This document shows, one piece after another, positions 54,844 to 64,000 of a stretch of DNA of 64,000 nt. Position numbers and translations under genes: made by a program. Each line of letters begins with the position of its first letter. The stretch's first letter is position 1. This stretch comes from Paramoeba atlantica (lineage: Eukaryota > Protista > Discosea): assembly GCA_977017575.1 (NCBI GenBank), contig CDRNVI010000002.1, forward strand, positions 682,001 through 746,000, read 5' to 3'. Under the pieces are notes generated by a model. The model did not search any database and was not told the DNA's origin. It worked only from the letters and a program-made list of their open reading frames with translations.

Positions 54844-55911
54844 ATGCCGCCCCGTCCCGTTATCCTCCACAAAGCGTACCCCCCGTTACGACGTCTCCTC
54901 CTCACCGAGCTTCGCACTCTCCTCCCCGCCCCCACCTCACACCTCCGGTACCTACGACACCTCATGGACTACAACCTTCTAGGGGGCAAAGGTCTCCGGG
55001 GAGGTCTCCTGATCGAAACCTTTCAAAGTCTTATTTCTGCCAAACAGCCACGAAAACCGTTTCATTCCCCCCCGGGCTGCCCCGCTGCGGCACTCAGCTG
55101 CGCGTGGGCGATTGAGTTTCTCCAGGCCAGCTTCCTGGTCGCGGATGACATCATGGACGGGGGCAGGCTGCGGCGGGGGAAGCCCTGCTGGTACCGTCTG
55201 CCCGATGTCGGGACCCCGGCTGCCATCAACGACGGGCTGGTGCTGCAAGGCATGATGTGGCGGTTGCTGGAAAATGGACTCCGCCGTCACCCCCGGAGGG
55301 GTGAAATTATGACATCGTTTCAGAAAGCGTTTTACGCCACGACGCTGGGACAGTTTTTGGATGTGCAGGTCGCGAAAAAAGGATCACGAACCGGGGGGTC
55401 GCTGCCGTCGTTTACGTTGGCGACCTACCGTAGGATGGTTCGTCTCAAGACGGCGTATTATACCGTGTGGTTACCGTTTGTTGTGGCGTTGTCCTTAGGT
55501 GAGACCCGTGTCTCCTCTCAGACCATACAACAGCTTTCGCTCCTGATAGGGGAGTTTTTCCAAATACAAGATGATTTCTTAGACTGTTTTGGGGTCAAGG
55601 AAAAGACGGGAAAAACGGGCAATGACATTCCGGAGGGGAAGTGCACCTGGCTCGCGGTGAGGTTCCTGGCATTGGCGAAAGCGAATGAAACCGACAGAAA
55701 CCGTTTCTATGCACACTATGGTAGAAAAAGATCTCATTCCGTAAGTTGCATTCGAAAGTTGTACGAGAAGTATGACATGCCTCGCCACTATTTCGTGTTA
55801 CAAAATCGTTTAAATCGAAAAGTTCACCAAATTCTTGCTCAAATTCGTTGTAAAACGTTTAAGGATACGGTAGAGACATTTTGGAGAAAGTTACTGAGTC
55901 GATCGAAATGA
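54844..55911 (+). CDS. FPPS: Farnesyl diphosphate synthase
   Basis: GGKGLRG, first Asp-rich motif FLVADDIMD, GQFLD, KTAYYT, second motif FQIQDDFLD, and DIPEGKCTWL. Confidence 0.92.
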   Translation: MPPRPVILHKAYPPLRRLLLTELRTLLPAPTSHLRYLRHLMDYNLLGGKGLRGGLLIETFQSLISAKQPRKPFHSPPGCPAAALSCAWAIEFLQASFLVADDIMDGGRLRRGKPCWYRLPDVGTPAAINDGLVLQGMMWRLLENGLRRHPRRGEIMTSFQKAFYATTLGQFLDVQVAKKGSRTGGSLPSFTLATYRRMVRLKTAYYTVWLPFVVALSLGETRVSSQTIQQLSLLIGEFFQIQDDFLDCFGVKEKTGKTGNDIPEGKCTWLAVRFLALAKANETDRNRFYAHYGRKRSHSVSCIRKLYEKYDMPRHYFVLQNRLNRKVHQILAQIRCKTFKDTVETFWRKLLSRSK

Positions 55912-56070
55912 ACGACATAGACGCGAATTGGTTCTCTGGTGTTGACAGGCACAGTATTGCTGTCGAAAAAAGTATCCTCTTTCTTTCTTCTTTATAATAT
56001 GTGTTTATCGTATGTGATCCTAGGAGCAGTCTATCTTCTCTCAAATAAGCTTCTTTAATATTTTATTCTC

Positions 56071-56832
56071 ATGTGTGATGCCGATGGCGTTGATTCTAAT
56101 TTGGGATCCCTTTTCTACATAGAGGAGCCTGCGACTACGTACAGTCCAGTAGAGCACACGTATTGTCTCCAAGGCACCGATATGACGTTGCGCCTAACAA
56201 CAGAGACACGGCACCACAGTTTATGGGGCCACATGTTATGGAACGCAAGTCGCGAAACATCAAACTACCTTTCCAAATTAGGAAATGAATTACGTGGTAA
56301 ATCTGTGGTCGAATTGGGGGCCAGACTGGGACTCCCTTCTCTTGTGGCCCAACACTGTGGGGCATGGCCCGTAGTAGCCACTGAATATCCAGAAGCAGTT
56401 CTTCTGAACAGATTACGACAAAATGCAGATAGTAATGCGCGAGATAGCGTAAAGATGCTCGTTGAACCTCTACTTTGGGGCGACGCTGAACAATTGGAGA
56501 AGGTTCTCGCCCATACGAATGGAAATAAATTTGATTTTGTAATTCTTGCAGATCTCGTTTTTCAGCATTTTTGTCACGATGTTCTGGCGAAATCTATTGC
56601 ACAGTTGCTCGCGGTGGGTGGTGTAGCGATATGTGCATTTACTCATCACAATCCTAGAAAAGCGCACAAAGATATGTTGTTTTTTCAGAAGCATTTACCT
56701 GAAAGTACTCTTAATAGTCACTTTGTAAGTTCATCAACCTATCCGGCGATGTTTCCATCGGATGATGGCGATCTGAAAATGCGGAGCACGGTTCATCTTT
56801 ATGAAATCCGGCACAAGATAGAATCCGAATAA
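56071..56832 (+). CDS. EFM7/NNT1-like (METTL21 family) protein methyltransferase
   Basis: HHSLWGHMLWNA, VVELGA.LGLPSL, ILADLVF and FTHH.P..A.KD motifs. Confidence 0.75.
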   Translation: MCDADGVDSNLGSLFYIEEPATTYSPVEHTYCLQGTDMTLRLTTETRHHSLWGHMLWNASRETSNYLSKLGNELRGKSVVELGARLGLPSLVAQHCGAWPVVATEYPEAVLLNRLRQNADSNARDSVKMLVEPLLWGDAEQLEKVLAHTNGNKFDFVILADLVFQHFCHDVLAKSIAQLLAVGGVAICAFTHHNPRKAHKDMLFFQKHLPESTLNSHFVSSSTYPAMFPSDDGDLKMRSTVHLYEIRHKIESE

Positions 56833-57124
56833 TCAATTTTATTGGTGAAAGGGGACTTTTTTCCCCCGAAAAAAACCTGATTTTTTTTCATGGTGGTTTC
56901 TCAAACAAAATTTCAGTATTATCCAAGCGAGTGTTTAAGCATCATACTTTTGCTACTTACACGACTCCGCTCTATCATTTTTCCTTGCACAGGCTGTAAA
57001 ATGTATGACAGTATCACTTTTTGTAGTTGGGAACCTTGGATGACGTCATGCTAGAAGCCGTACGATGTGAATTGAGGAGTTCTTGTAATCCGCTGTTTAA
57101 GGAATTTGAAATTATTGTCCAGGC

Positions 57125-57996
57125 TCAGAACACGGGCCCCGTGTTCCAGTAAATCACCAAATCTGGGCCAGAACGATGCAAATGTTTTCCTGGACAGACC
57201 TTGTGATGCCACGGTTCGTTGCTGATGTTGACAATGCTTCGGCAAGTAAGGCAGGTCCACGTGCTAAGGGATCGTTGTTCCCTTTCGCACGGGATTCCCG
57301 CTTTTAGACACATTTCATGAAGGAAGCGCACCAAAGCATTGTGTTTCGAAGTAGCGTTGAAGCCTGAACAACGTACGCAACCGGGAATGTGAGTTAGAAT
57401 GTCCTTGCTGTTGAAGGTTGCTTCACACCCGGGACATCGAACGTGCTTCGGGAGGTTCGGATGTGAGATGCCTAAACGAGGCATGACTGCTAATTCGAAG
57501 TACGGAGTTGCAACATAACGAGCGTTAGAGGTGAGCCAGTCGGAGTTTTCTCGATGCGAGGTAGCCTTTAGTATCGATTCGAATTCTGGATCGGCCATTA
57601 ACGCTACTCGTTTCGCGTCGTGTAGGAGATCGGCTGAGGTGGCATCATCGGTGGGCGGAGGTTGTACGCTGTTTTTATCTTCGAGAATATTGGATTGAGC
57701 TGAAGAGGAAATTTCGAGCTCAAATGCCAAATGTCTAGAAGAGAGGTATGCAGCAGCACGTGTCGGATGGCAGGCAATTACGTTACATACATGCATATGG
57801 GTTAAAGCAGAACATTGGGAGCTATCGGACCCCAATTTTCACAAAGGTCACGACGGGAAAGAATGTCAATATCACGGTTTTCAAATAAGGTGCGATATAT
57901 ATTATTTACCACGTGAATTGCACAACTGTTTTCACCAGAACCTTGCTGCGGACAACACATTAAATACGGCGAAGAGTCCGTTTTAAAAATGTTCAC
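57125..57996 (-). pseudogene. Internally deleted CRE/SLACS-like element: zinc knuckle/RLE end joined to a possible Ulp1-like protease fragment
   Basis: RLG...CPGC...HIPGC...KHNALV...SGPDL in 57125-57835 and CPQQGSGENSCAIHV in 57802-57996. No RT between them. Confidence 0.6.
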
Positions 57997-58361
57997 ATAG
58001 ACGATCTTTAAATTGAAGGGAATGATGGAGGGGATAACGAGCTCCGTCTCCTGTTTTCCAATTTTGGTCGTAGAACTCCACGCAACACCATTAGCCTAAA
58101 AGCAGAACAGAAAAAAATTGAAGTTTCGCTTCTAATTTTGTAAATTTTTCATTTTGTTTAGAAGCGACAGATAAGTAGGGGGGATCGACGAAAAAAAATA
58201 TTCGAAGGGCCGAAAAGCGACAGATAACTAGGGGGGTGGGGGGTGACAGATAACTAGGGGGGGTACAGTAATAGTGCTTCGAATCGTACTGTACATTTTA
58301 TAGATTAATATTGGAAATTTATTGCCTTTATCTATTTATCCATGGAGTCTAATCACACAAG

Positions 58362-58715
58362 ATGCTTGTAGGAGCGCAAATTCGATCTAAGCTGCACAGA
58401 CCTCGTGCACTGGAAGCAACAAAATCCATGGCACGAAGCAAGCAGGTTGCCTTGCACGCTCGAATTTGTTACGGAAAAAGAGTTGACGCTCAGAGATTAC
58501 GAAAAGAACATACTTTTCTCATGGACAACAATCAGCTTGCATTTCGCTACCAACGAGATGTTCACCAGCATCGCATTGCAGATCTTCGCAAAGGACACTC
58601 TAGAGACCCAAACAAAGGAAAAGATATTCTTGATCACTTTGCCGCAATTGAGGCAAAAAAGCAAATCATGAAACAACGGAATAGATCCTTGTACAGCGGA
58701 ATTTATCCAAGATAG
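58362..58715 (+). CDS. Small basic hypothetical protein (117 aa)
   Basis: ATG-initiated ORF on the gene-cluster strand. No family recognised. Confidence 0.5.
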   Translation: MLVGAQIRSKLHRPRALEATKSMARSKQVALHARICYGKRVDAQRLRKEHTFLMDNNQLAFRYQRDVHQHRIADLRKGHSRDPNKGKDILDHFAAIEAKKQIMKQRNRSLYSGIYPR

Positions 58716-59024
58716 CTCTGAACTTCGTTATCCATTCGTAAAACGCATCCCGGAGTTTGGAACTAATCATCATTTAACTGCTTACTTTAGGCTGCATACA
58801 TATCGATTGTCTATCCACCACGTTTTCTCAGCCACATCGTTTTTGTCACATGATTTTCTTATTTTCTTATTTCCACGAACTCTACCCTTTTCTCTGTACG
58901 AAAACTTTTTCTCCCCTCCCCTTTCTGCTCCCCTCCTACTCTGTATCCCCTTTCCACCCCTCCATTACTCCAACACCACCACCTCCCTCCCCAGTAGTTC
59001 TTTTCTCATCTCCTTCTCCCTCCC

Positions 59025-59984
59025 ATGTCCGACGGCCACTTCACCTACGACGGTGTCCTCCGTGGCCACCGCGGCTGGGTCACCGCCCTCGCCGCCCCCT
59101 CCACCCGCAACGACACCCTCCTCTCCGCCTCCCGCGACACCACCGTCCTCCGCTGGACCACGACCAACACCTCCCGCGACCCCTCCGAGCCCCACGCCCT
59201 CCCGGCGAAGCGCCTCGAGGGCCACAGCGGGTTCATCCAGGACCTCGCGCTCTCCTCCACCGGGGACTACGCCCTCAGCGCCTCCTGGGACACCACGCTG
59301 CGGCTGTGGTCGACGAGCACCGGGGCCTGCACCCGCGTCTTCCGCGGCCACACCAAGGACGCCCTCTCCGTCGCCTTCTCCCCCGACGACAAGCAGGTCG
59401 TCAGCGGGGGCCGCGACCACCGCCTCAAGGTGTGGAACGTCGACGGCGCGTGCATGTACACCTTCGCCGACCGCGCCCACACCGACTGGGTCAACGCCGT
59501 GCGGTTCAGCCCCCGCGCGGAGAGCCCCTTCATCGTGAGCGCCGGGGCGGACCACCTGGTGAAGCTGTGGTCCGTGAACCCCTTCCGCCACGCCATGGAC
59601 TTCGAGGGCCACGACGGGTACGTCAGCACCGTCGCGGTCTCCCCGGACGGGTCGCTGTGCGCGAGTGGGGGCAAGGACGGGGTCACGATGCTGTGGGACC
59701 TCAGCACGGGGTCGCACCTGTACCAGCTCGAGGCCGGGGAGGTGATCCACGCCCTCACGTTCTCCCCGAACCGGTACTGGCTGTGTGCCGCCACGGAGAG
59801 CTGTATTCGGATTTGGGATTTGGAGTCGAAGAAGGCGGTCGCGGAGCTTGCCCCGCCCTGCCCCACGATGAGTCGTAAGGCACTGAAGCCGGAGTGTATC
59901 TCGTTGACGTGGTCCGCGGATGGCAACACGCTGTACACGGGACACACCGACAACACCATCCATGTCTTTGGGGTACGTGAGTGA
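59025..59984 (+). CDS. RACK1: RACK1 (LACK-type) 40S-associated WD40 protein
   Basis: LRGHRGWVT, YALSASWDTTLRLW, LCASGGKDG, FSPNRYWLCAA, SLTWSADGNTLYTG, seven WD repeats. Confidence 0.95.
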   Translation: MSDGHFTYDGVLRGHRGWVTALAAPSTRNDTLLSASRDTTVLRWTTTNTSRDPSEPHALPAKRLEGHSGFIQDLALSSTGDYALSASWDTTLRLWSTSTGACTRVFRGHTKDALSVAFSPDDKQVVSGGRDHRLKVWNVDGACMYTFADRAHTDWVNAVRFSPRAESPFIVSAGADHLVKLWSVNPFRHAMDFEGHDGYVSTVAVSPDGSLCASGGKDGVTMLWDLSTGSHLYQLEAGEVIHALTFSPNRYWLCAATESCIRIWDLESKKAVAELAPPCPTMSRKALKPECISLTWSADGNTLYTGHTDNTIHVFGVRE

Positions 59985-60170
59985 GAAGAAAGTAAATGTT
60001 GAGGTAAAGTCGAAGGGAGAAGTTTTAGGTGATAAAGTAAGCGAAGGAAGTGGAAATAAAGGATGTTTGTCAGAAATCGTCGTTTGCGGAGTTTGAAATG
60101 GTATTGTTTCGTGTTGTAGTGGAAACTATCGTGTATGGTAAAATCTGTAAACTTCTTTTTGTTTGTAAGC

Positions 60171-61160
60171 GACGCAGCGATTAATCCCTGCAGTGTCCCA
60201 GTTACTGATTCATACCCAGTACTTCATGGACCTGCAGTTTCATAGCTTGCGGAGATTTATTGATCAGCGGTTTATACATGTGTCTACTTTTCACGCTTCA
60301 AGAAAATTACATGGAGAAGTATACCATGACTAGTACTTTCGTTTGAACCCACCCATGTTGCGAGAAAGCAAGTGTGTGATGCTCGGCACTTGGGACCGCA
60401 GAGAGGATTTGATCTCACGAACGACTCTCCAGAGCGAGTGGACCTATCCCTTTCTATGACAATACGCATTTGTTTTTAAACCCAAAATCCCCGCCCAGTT
60501 CGCGAGCGCTATTGAAGGCATTTTCGAGGTCCACCGCTGCTGTGACATCCTGTGGTCTGTCGCTGAAATGGTCGTGCGCCTCATGGACGATGTGCTCAGA
60601 CTGGGTGCTTCGGACCCCAAAATTATAGGCCTTGTAAAAAGGTGGGCAGGTGTTCATGCACCCTTTCGAGGGTGAGAAGACCTGCCACCTTCAAAAGCAG
60701 GCCTCCATGGCGATGGGGCGATATGTGGAGTGATGTCCCGAGTGATTCGCTCAGTTTGGAGAACATCTGCAGTAAATAGTTCACTCAGAGAGGGTAGGGT
60801 CAAAATCGTCAGGATGCCATGAATAATTCGAGTAATGCAGTCCCGGTGGCCGTCCTCCATAAGGATTGAAACCAGCAGCTCTTTGGTGCTAAGCCAGACT
60901 TGGCCAGCTGCTTGATCCCCACTCAGTATTCCCTTGCCGTAATACGTAAGCTAGTAGTATAAACTACTGCACTCCCTAGCTATCTGTCACCAATTTTCGG
61001 GAAAGGTGACAGATAACTGAGTTTTTACCAATTCGTACTTCCTCTGCACTTCCAAAGTTGAAATGACGCAGCGATTAATCCCTGCAGTGTCCCAGTTACT
61101 GATTCATACCCAGTACTTCATGGACTTGCAGTTTCATAGCTTGCGGAGATTTATTAATCA
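60171..61160. repeat. 96-bp direct repeats (60171-60266, 61065-61160)
   Basis: GACGCAGCGATTAATCCCTGCAG...GGAGATTTATT(G/A)ATCA, with 2 mismatches. Confidence 0.9.
60454..60930 (-). pseudogene. Decayed RT fragment of the same family as CRE-like element 1
   Basis: MEDGHRDCITRIIHGI versus MEDGPRECITWIIHGI, and DLENAFNS. Confidence 0.75.
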
Positions 61161-61299
61161 CACCCATAGGGTTTGTATCTACTGTAATTTGTATCTCCTT
61201 TAATAATACATATCCTTTGTGTTATCCAAAACTCAACGAGGCATGACGTTCCTTACACTTTTCATTTGAACTCACCAATGCCACAAGAAGGCAAGTCCT

Positions 61300-62400
61300 A
61301 TGACTGCATGCGTGATGCTCCAAACATTAGACAACAGCGAGGACAGTGACTTCACGAGCGACTCACTCGAGCGGGTCGACGCTGTGCTGTACAGCACTAC
61401 CGACACCTCCGAGCTCTTCGCGCAGGCCCGTTCACGGCCGTTCGAATGGGAAGCGACAAATGTACCGGAGGCCAATGCCCATCAACCTCTATGCTACGTG
61501 CGCTGGCTGCACGGTGGTGAGGGGTGGACCACCGATACAGTGGGACTACTGTCCGATGAGCAACGAGAACTCACGCGTCGAACCGACTTATGTTCCCATC
61601 GGGTCTCAAACAAGCGGCGTGATACGACTTCGTTTTCCCAGTGTCTGTTGAGATTTAAAAAATACTCCCCGGAGAGGGACAACGTGGAAAACCCAAAATG
61701 TGGAATTACTTCCGAATCCACCGCCGAGGAGCTTTCTCAGTATCAAGTGACGCAGTGGGTACGTTCCAGGAAGTTACCAAGCGTGGACTCCGAGAACCGC
61801 GGTGCAATGTTTACTCCGCGACTCAACGGAGTCGATTTTTCCCCAACCGGGGAGATCTTGTTTCACTGCTCCACAGACTCCTTGTTGGACTTTCACACCT
61901 TGCCTTACCGTGACCTCCCCAAGGATGTGCGCCACACGCAAGAAAGTCAGATTCTTTCACACATCCGAGACAGCGTCATTCAGACAGCCGTGACCCCGCG
62001 GTATCGCCTGGGACTGGAGCTTCTCCAGGGACGTTATGAGCGCTTTTGTCGTTTGCCACGTGATGTAGCGGATGCCTGCGCGGAGAGCTTAATTTCACAA
62101 TATGACGCTTTTCCTACGCCAGAGTTCCTGTTGGGCTGTGCAGCCTCTGAAGGCATCGTGGAGGATTCTCCGGAACGTCTCAAGGGGGTTAAACGAAGGA
62201 AAGTGAAAGCAAAAAGCGTCAAAAGAAATGGGTACAATGAACAAACAAGTTCCTATGACGCTGCATCAGCATTCGCCTTTTTGTCCCCACTTGATTTTAA
62301 GTTACCCGATGAGAGGTTAGCTCGGTACGATAAAAAGTGGAGCAATTTTTGTCGAACTCGCAGGCAACTTCCCGTAGGCAAGGACCTAATGAAGTTGTGA
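61300..62400 (+). CDS. Hypothetical protein (366 aa)
   Basis: Long ATG ORF on the cluster strand. No family recognised. Confidence 0.65.
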   Translation: MTACVMLQTLDNSEDSDFTSDSLERVDAVLYSTTDTSELFAQARSRPFEWEATNVPEANAHQPLCYVRWLHGGEGWTTDTVGLLSDEQRELTRRTDLCSHRVSNKRRDTTSFSQCLLRFKKYSPERDNVENPKCGITSESTAEELSQYQVTQWVRSRKLPSVDSENRGAMFTPRLNGVDFSPTGEILFHCSTDSLLDFHTLPYRDLPKDVRHTQESQILSHIRDSVIQTAVTPRYRLGLELLQGRYERFCRLPRDVADACAESLISQYDAFPTPEFLLGCAASEGIVEDSPERLKGVKRRKVKAKSVKRNGYNEQTSSYDAASAFAFLSPLDFKLPDERLARYDKKWSNFCRTRRQLPVGKDLMKL

Positions 62401-62726
62401 AGTGTCCATTGCACGCACAATTAATATTTTTACCCTTTGCCTGACCCTCTCACCTACAACACCCTCTCCATCACACTGCAGCTGTACCCTGAAATGCAGT
62501 GTATCATCCGAGGTCTTAATTTTTTGCTAAAAACCTTCCCCACACACCGAAAAATGACATCGTGCGTTTCGCTCTTAAAACCCTGGAATAGATTTTAACA
62601 TCTGTGGTACACACGAAAATGTTAGCTTTAACCACCGATTTCTCCAGGACTTTACTTCACACATCCCTTTTCTCAACTTCCCCACCTAAAAGCCCTCTTT
62701 TTACCCCTTTCCCCTTTTTCCCCACC

Positions 62727-63461
62727 ATGCCACCTCCCCACCACCCCCACCCCACCCTCTCCCCTTTTCTTCTCCTCCTCCTCCTCCTCCCCCTCCCCCC
62801 CCTCCCCTCCTCCGACCCCTCCGACGACACCCCGTCCCTCTCCCTCTACCACGACCCCTACTCCAGCCCCCACACCTCCTTTGGGGCCTACACCCCCGAC
62901 CCCTTGCCCTCCCCCTTCCACGACCCCCTCGACACCCACCTACGCGAGAGCAACACCTCCTCCTCCCCCTACCCCCCCTCCTCCTCCCCCTACCCCCCAT
63001 CGTACTCGTACTCGTCTTCCTCCCGTTCCTCCCCCCCTCGCTTCCGTGCGGAGGACCCCACGGAGGAGCGTGACAGCGCCCACGAGTGGAACCTCGACGC
63101 GTGCTGCGCCTCCCTCCCGCGCCCCGTGCGCTGGCTGCTGTGCCCGCTCGTGCTGTTCTACTGCTGGGCGCGCTGGGACCGGGTCTGGTACAGCTGGTGG
63201 AACTCCCCCGGGACGTACGGCACCCGGCCCGGGGGGGAGATCTACGACGGGCCGCGGCCCGATACGTGGGGCCCCGGGGCGGAGGTCCCGGATAGGACGG
63301 GGAGTGGGGCGGGGAGGGGAGGGGGGGAGAAAGGGGGTGGGGGAGAGGGGGGGGAAGGGGGGGGGGTGTATAGGGTGAGGGGAGGGCGTGGGGAGGGGGA
63401 GGGGGGGAGGTACGGTACACCGCCGTCGTTTGCGAGATGGCCGATGCCGGAGATGGGGTGA
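62727..63461 (+). CDS. Hypothetical Pro/Ser- then Gly-rich protein with signal-peptide-like N-terminus
   Basis: MPPPHHPHPTLSPFLLLLLLLPLPP..., with a central Cys/Trp-rich hydrophobic segment. Extreme composition lowers confidence. Confidence 0.45.
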   Translation: MPPPHHPHPTLSPFLLLLLLLPLPPLPSSDPSDDTPSLSLYHDPYSSPHTSFGAYTPDPLPSPFHDPLDTHLRESNTSSSPYPPSSSPYPPSYSYSSSSRSSPPRFRAEDPTEERDSAHEWNLDACCASLPRPVRWLLCPLVLFYCWARWDRVWYSWWNSPGTYGTRPGGEIYDGPRPDTWGPGAEVPDRTGSGAGRGGGEKGGGGEGGEGGGVYRVRGGRGEGEGGRYGTPPSFARWPMPEMG

Positions 63462-63472
63462 TGGGGAAGGGA

Positions 63473-63497
63473 TGTGTGTGTGTGTGTGTGTGTGTGT
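63473..63497. repeat. (TG)12 microsatellite
   Basis: Read directly from the sequence. Confidence 0.95.
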
Positions 63498-63711
63498 CGA
63501 GTTTAGGGTCAAGTTAGGGTTGATTGAAAAAGGAGAGGATAGGTGAAGGGGTATTGGGAAAGAGGTTTGCAGGGAACCGGTTGAAAAATTTTGATTTCTT
63601 AGAAATTTTAAGAATTCGTTTTTTTCTTTGCTACACAGAGAAAAAGGGTATGTCGGAAAGATGTCGAGCACTTCAGAGTTATGGATGTAAAAAAAGTAAG
63701 ATGGAAAAGTA

Positions 63712-64000
63712 ATGCCGAAGCTGCACAACATAAATGTGGGGATACTGGGTCACGTTGACAGTGGAAAGACCACTCTGGCGAAGGCTTTAAGCACTGTGAG
63801 TAGCACCGCATGCTTTGACAAGCATCCCCAAAGTAAGGAGCGAGGTATAACTATCGACTTGGGATTTAGTTCTTTTTCCTTACCGCTTACGTGCTCGTCA
63901 GGTGATACAACGGACGGTGATCGCATTCAATTTACCTTAGTAGATTGCCCAGGACACTCCAGCTTGATTCGCACGGTTGTCGGAGGTGCGAACATAATTG
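63712..64000 (+). CDS. EEFSEC: Selenocysteine-specific elongation factor eEFSec, 5' part (runs off the window)
   Basis: MPKLHNINVGILGHVDSGKTTLAKALST...FDKHPQSKERGITIDLGFSSF...LVDCPGHSSLIRTVVGGANII. Not in the ORF track because it has no stop in the window. Confidence 0.88.
   Translation, partial: MPKLHNINVGILGHVDSGKTTLAKALSTVSSTACFDKHPQSKERGITIDLGFSSFSLPLTCSSGDTTDGDRIQFTLVDCPGHSSLIRTVVGGANII

Noticed and set aside
58807-59963. Long alternative-frame and antisense ORFs over RACK1 (and similar ones over VID27, 1160-1845 and 62673-63731)
   Set aside because: Shadow ORFs from high GC and stop-codon scarcity, with no recognisable motifs.
60171-61160. Box C/D snoRNA pair
   Set aside because: The C box is poor and differs between copies, the terminal D box is not conserved, and no guide complementarity is recognisable.
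63501-63521. Telomeric TTAGGG repeats
   Set aside because: Only two separated copies.

Overview
Eukaryotic genomic DNA, most likely from a kinetoplastid or close relative (inference). All recognisable host genes are intronless and on the + strand, like a polycistronic cluster: mitochondrial IF2, CDP-alcohol phosphotransferase, VID27-like, THADA/Trm732-like, FPP synthase, EFM7-like methyltransferase, RACK1, three orphans, and the 5' end of eEFSec. About two thirds of the window is nested mobile DNA: RLE non-LTR retroelements (one HERO-like with an intact ORF, several CRE/SLACS-like), a DIRS-like RNase H end, Tc1/IS630, Merlin and hAT remnants, TA-flanked MITEs and foldbacks. Three signals stand out. 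(1) Four retro-insert 5' ends carry a motif up to AGTTTCTGTACCTTGTTG that matches the 3' end of the kinetoplastid spliced leader (SL), not followed by a GT donor, which suggests retroelements propagating through trans-spliced RNA. (2) A two-stem motif with compensatory base changes and conserved A-rich loops recurs about 13 times across autonomous and non-autonomous retroelements. (3) A TIR/TA-bounded Tc1-like element has an intact 707-aa transposase with DD48E spacing. All alignments and folds were done by eye; no database search was possible.
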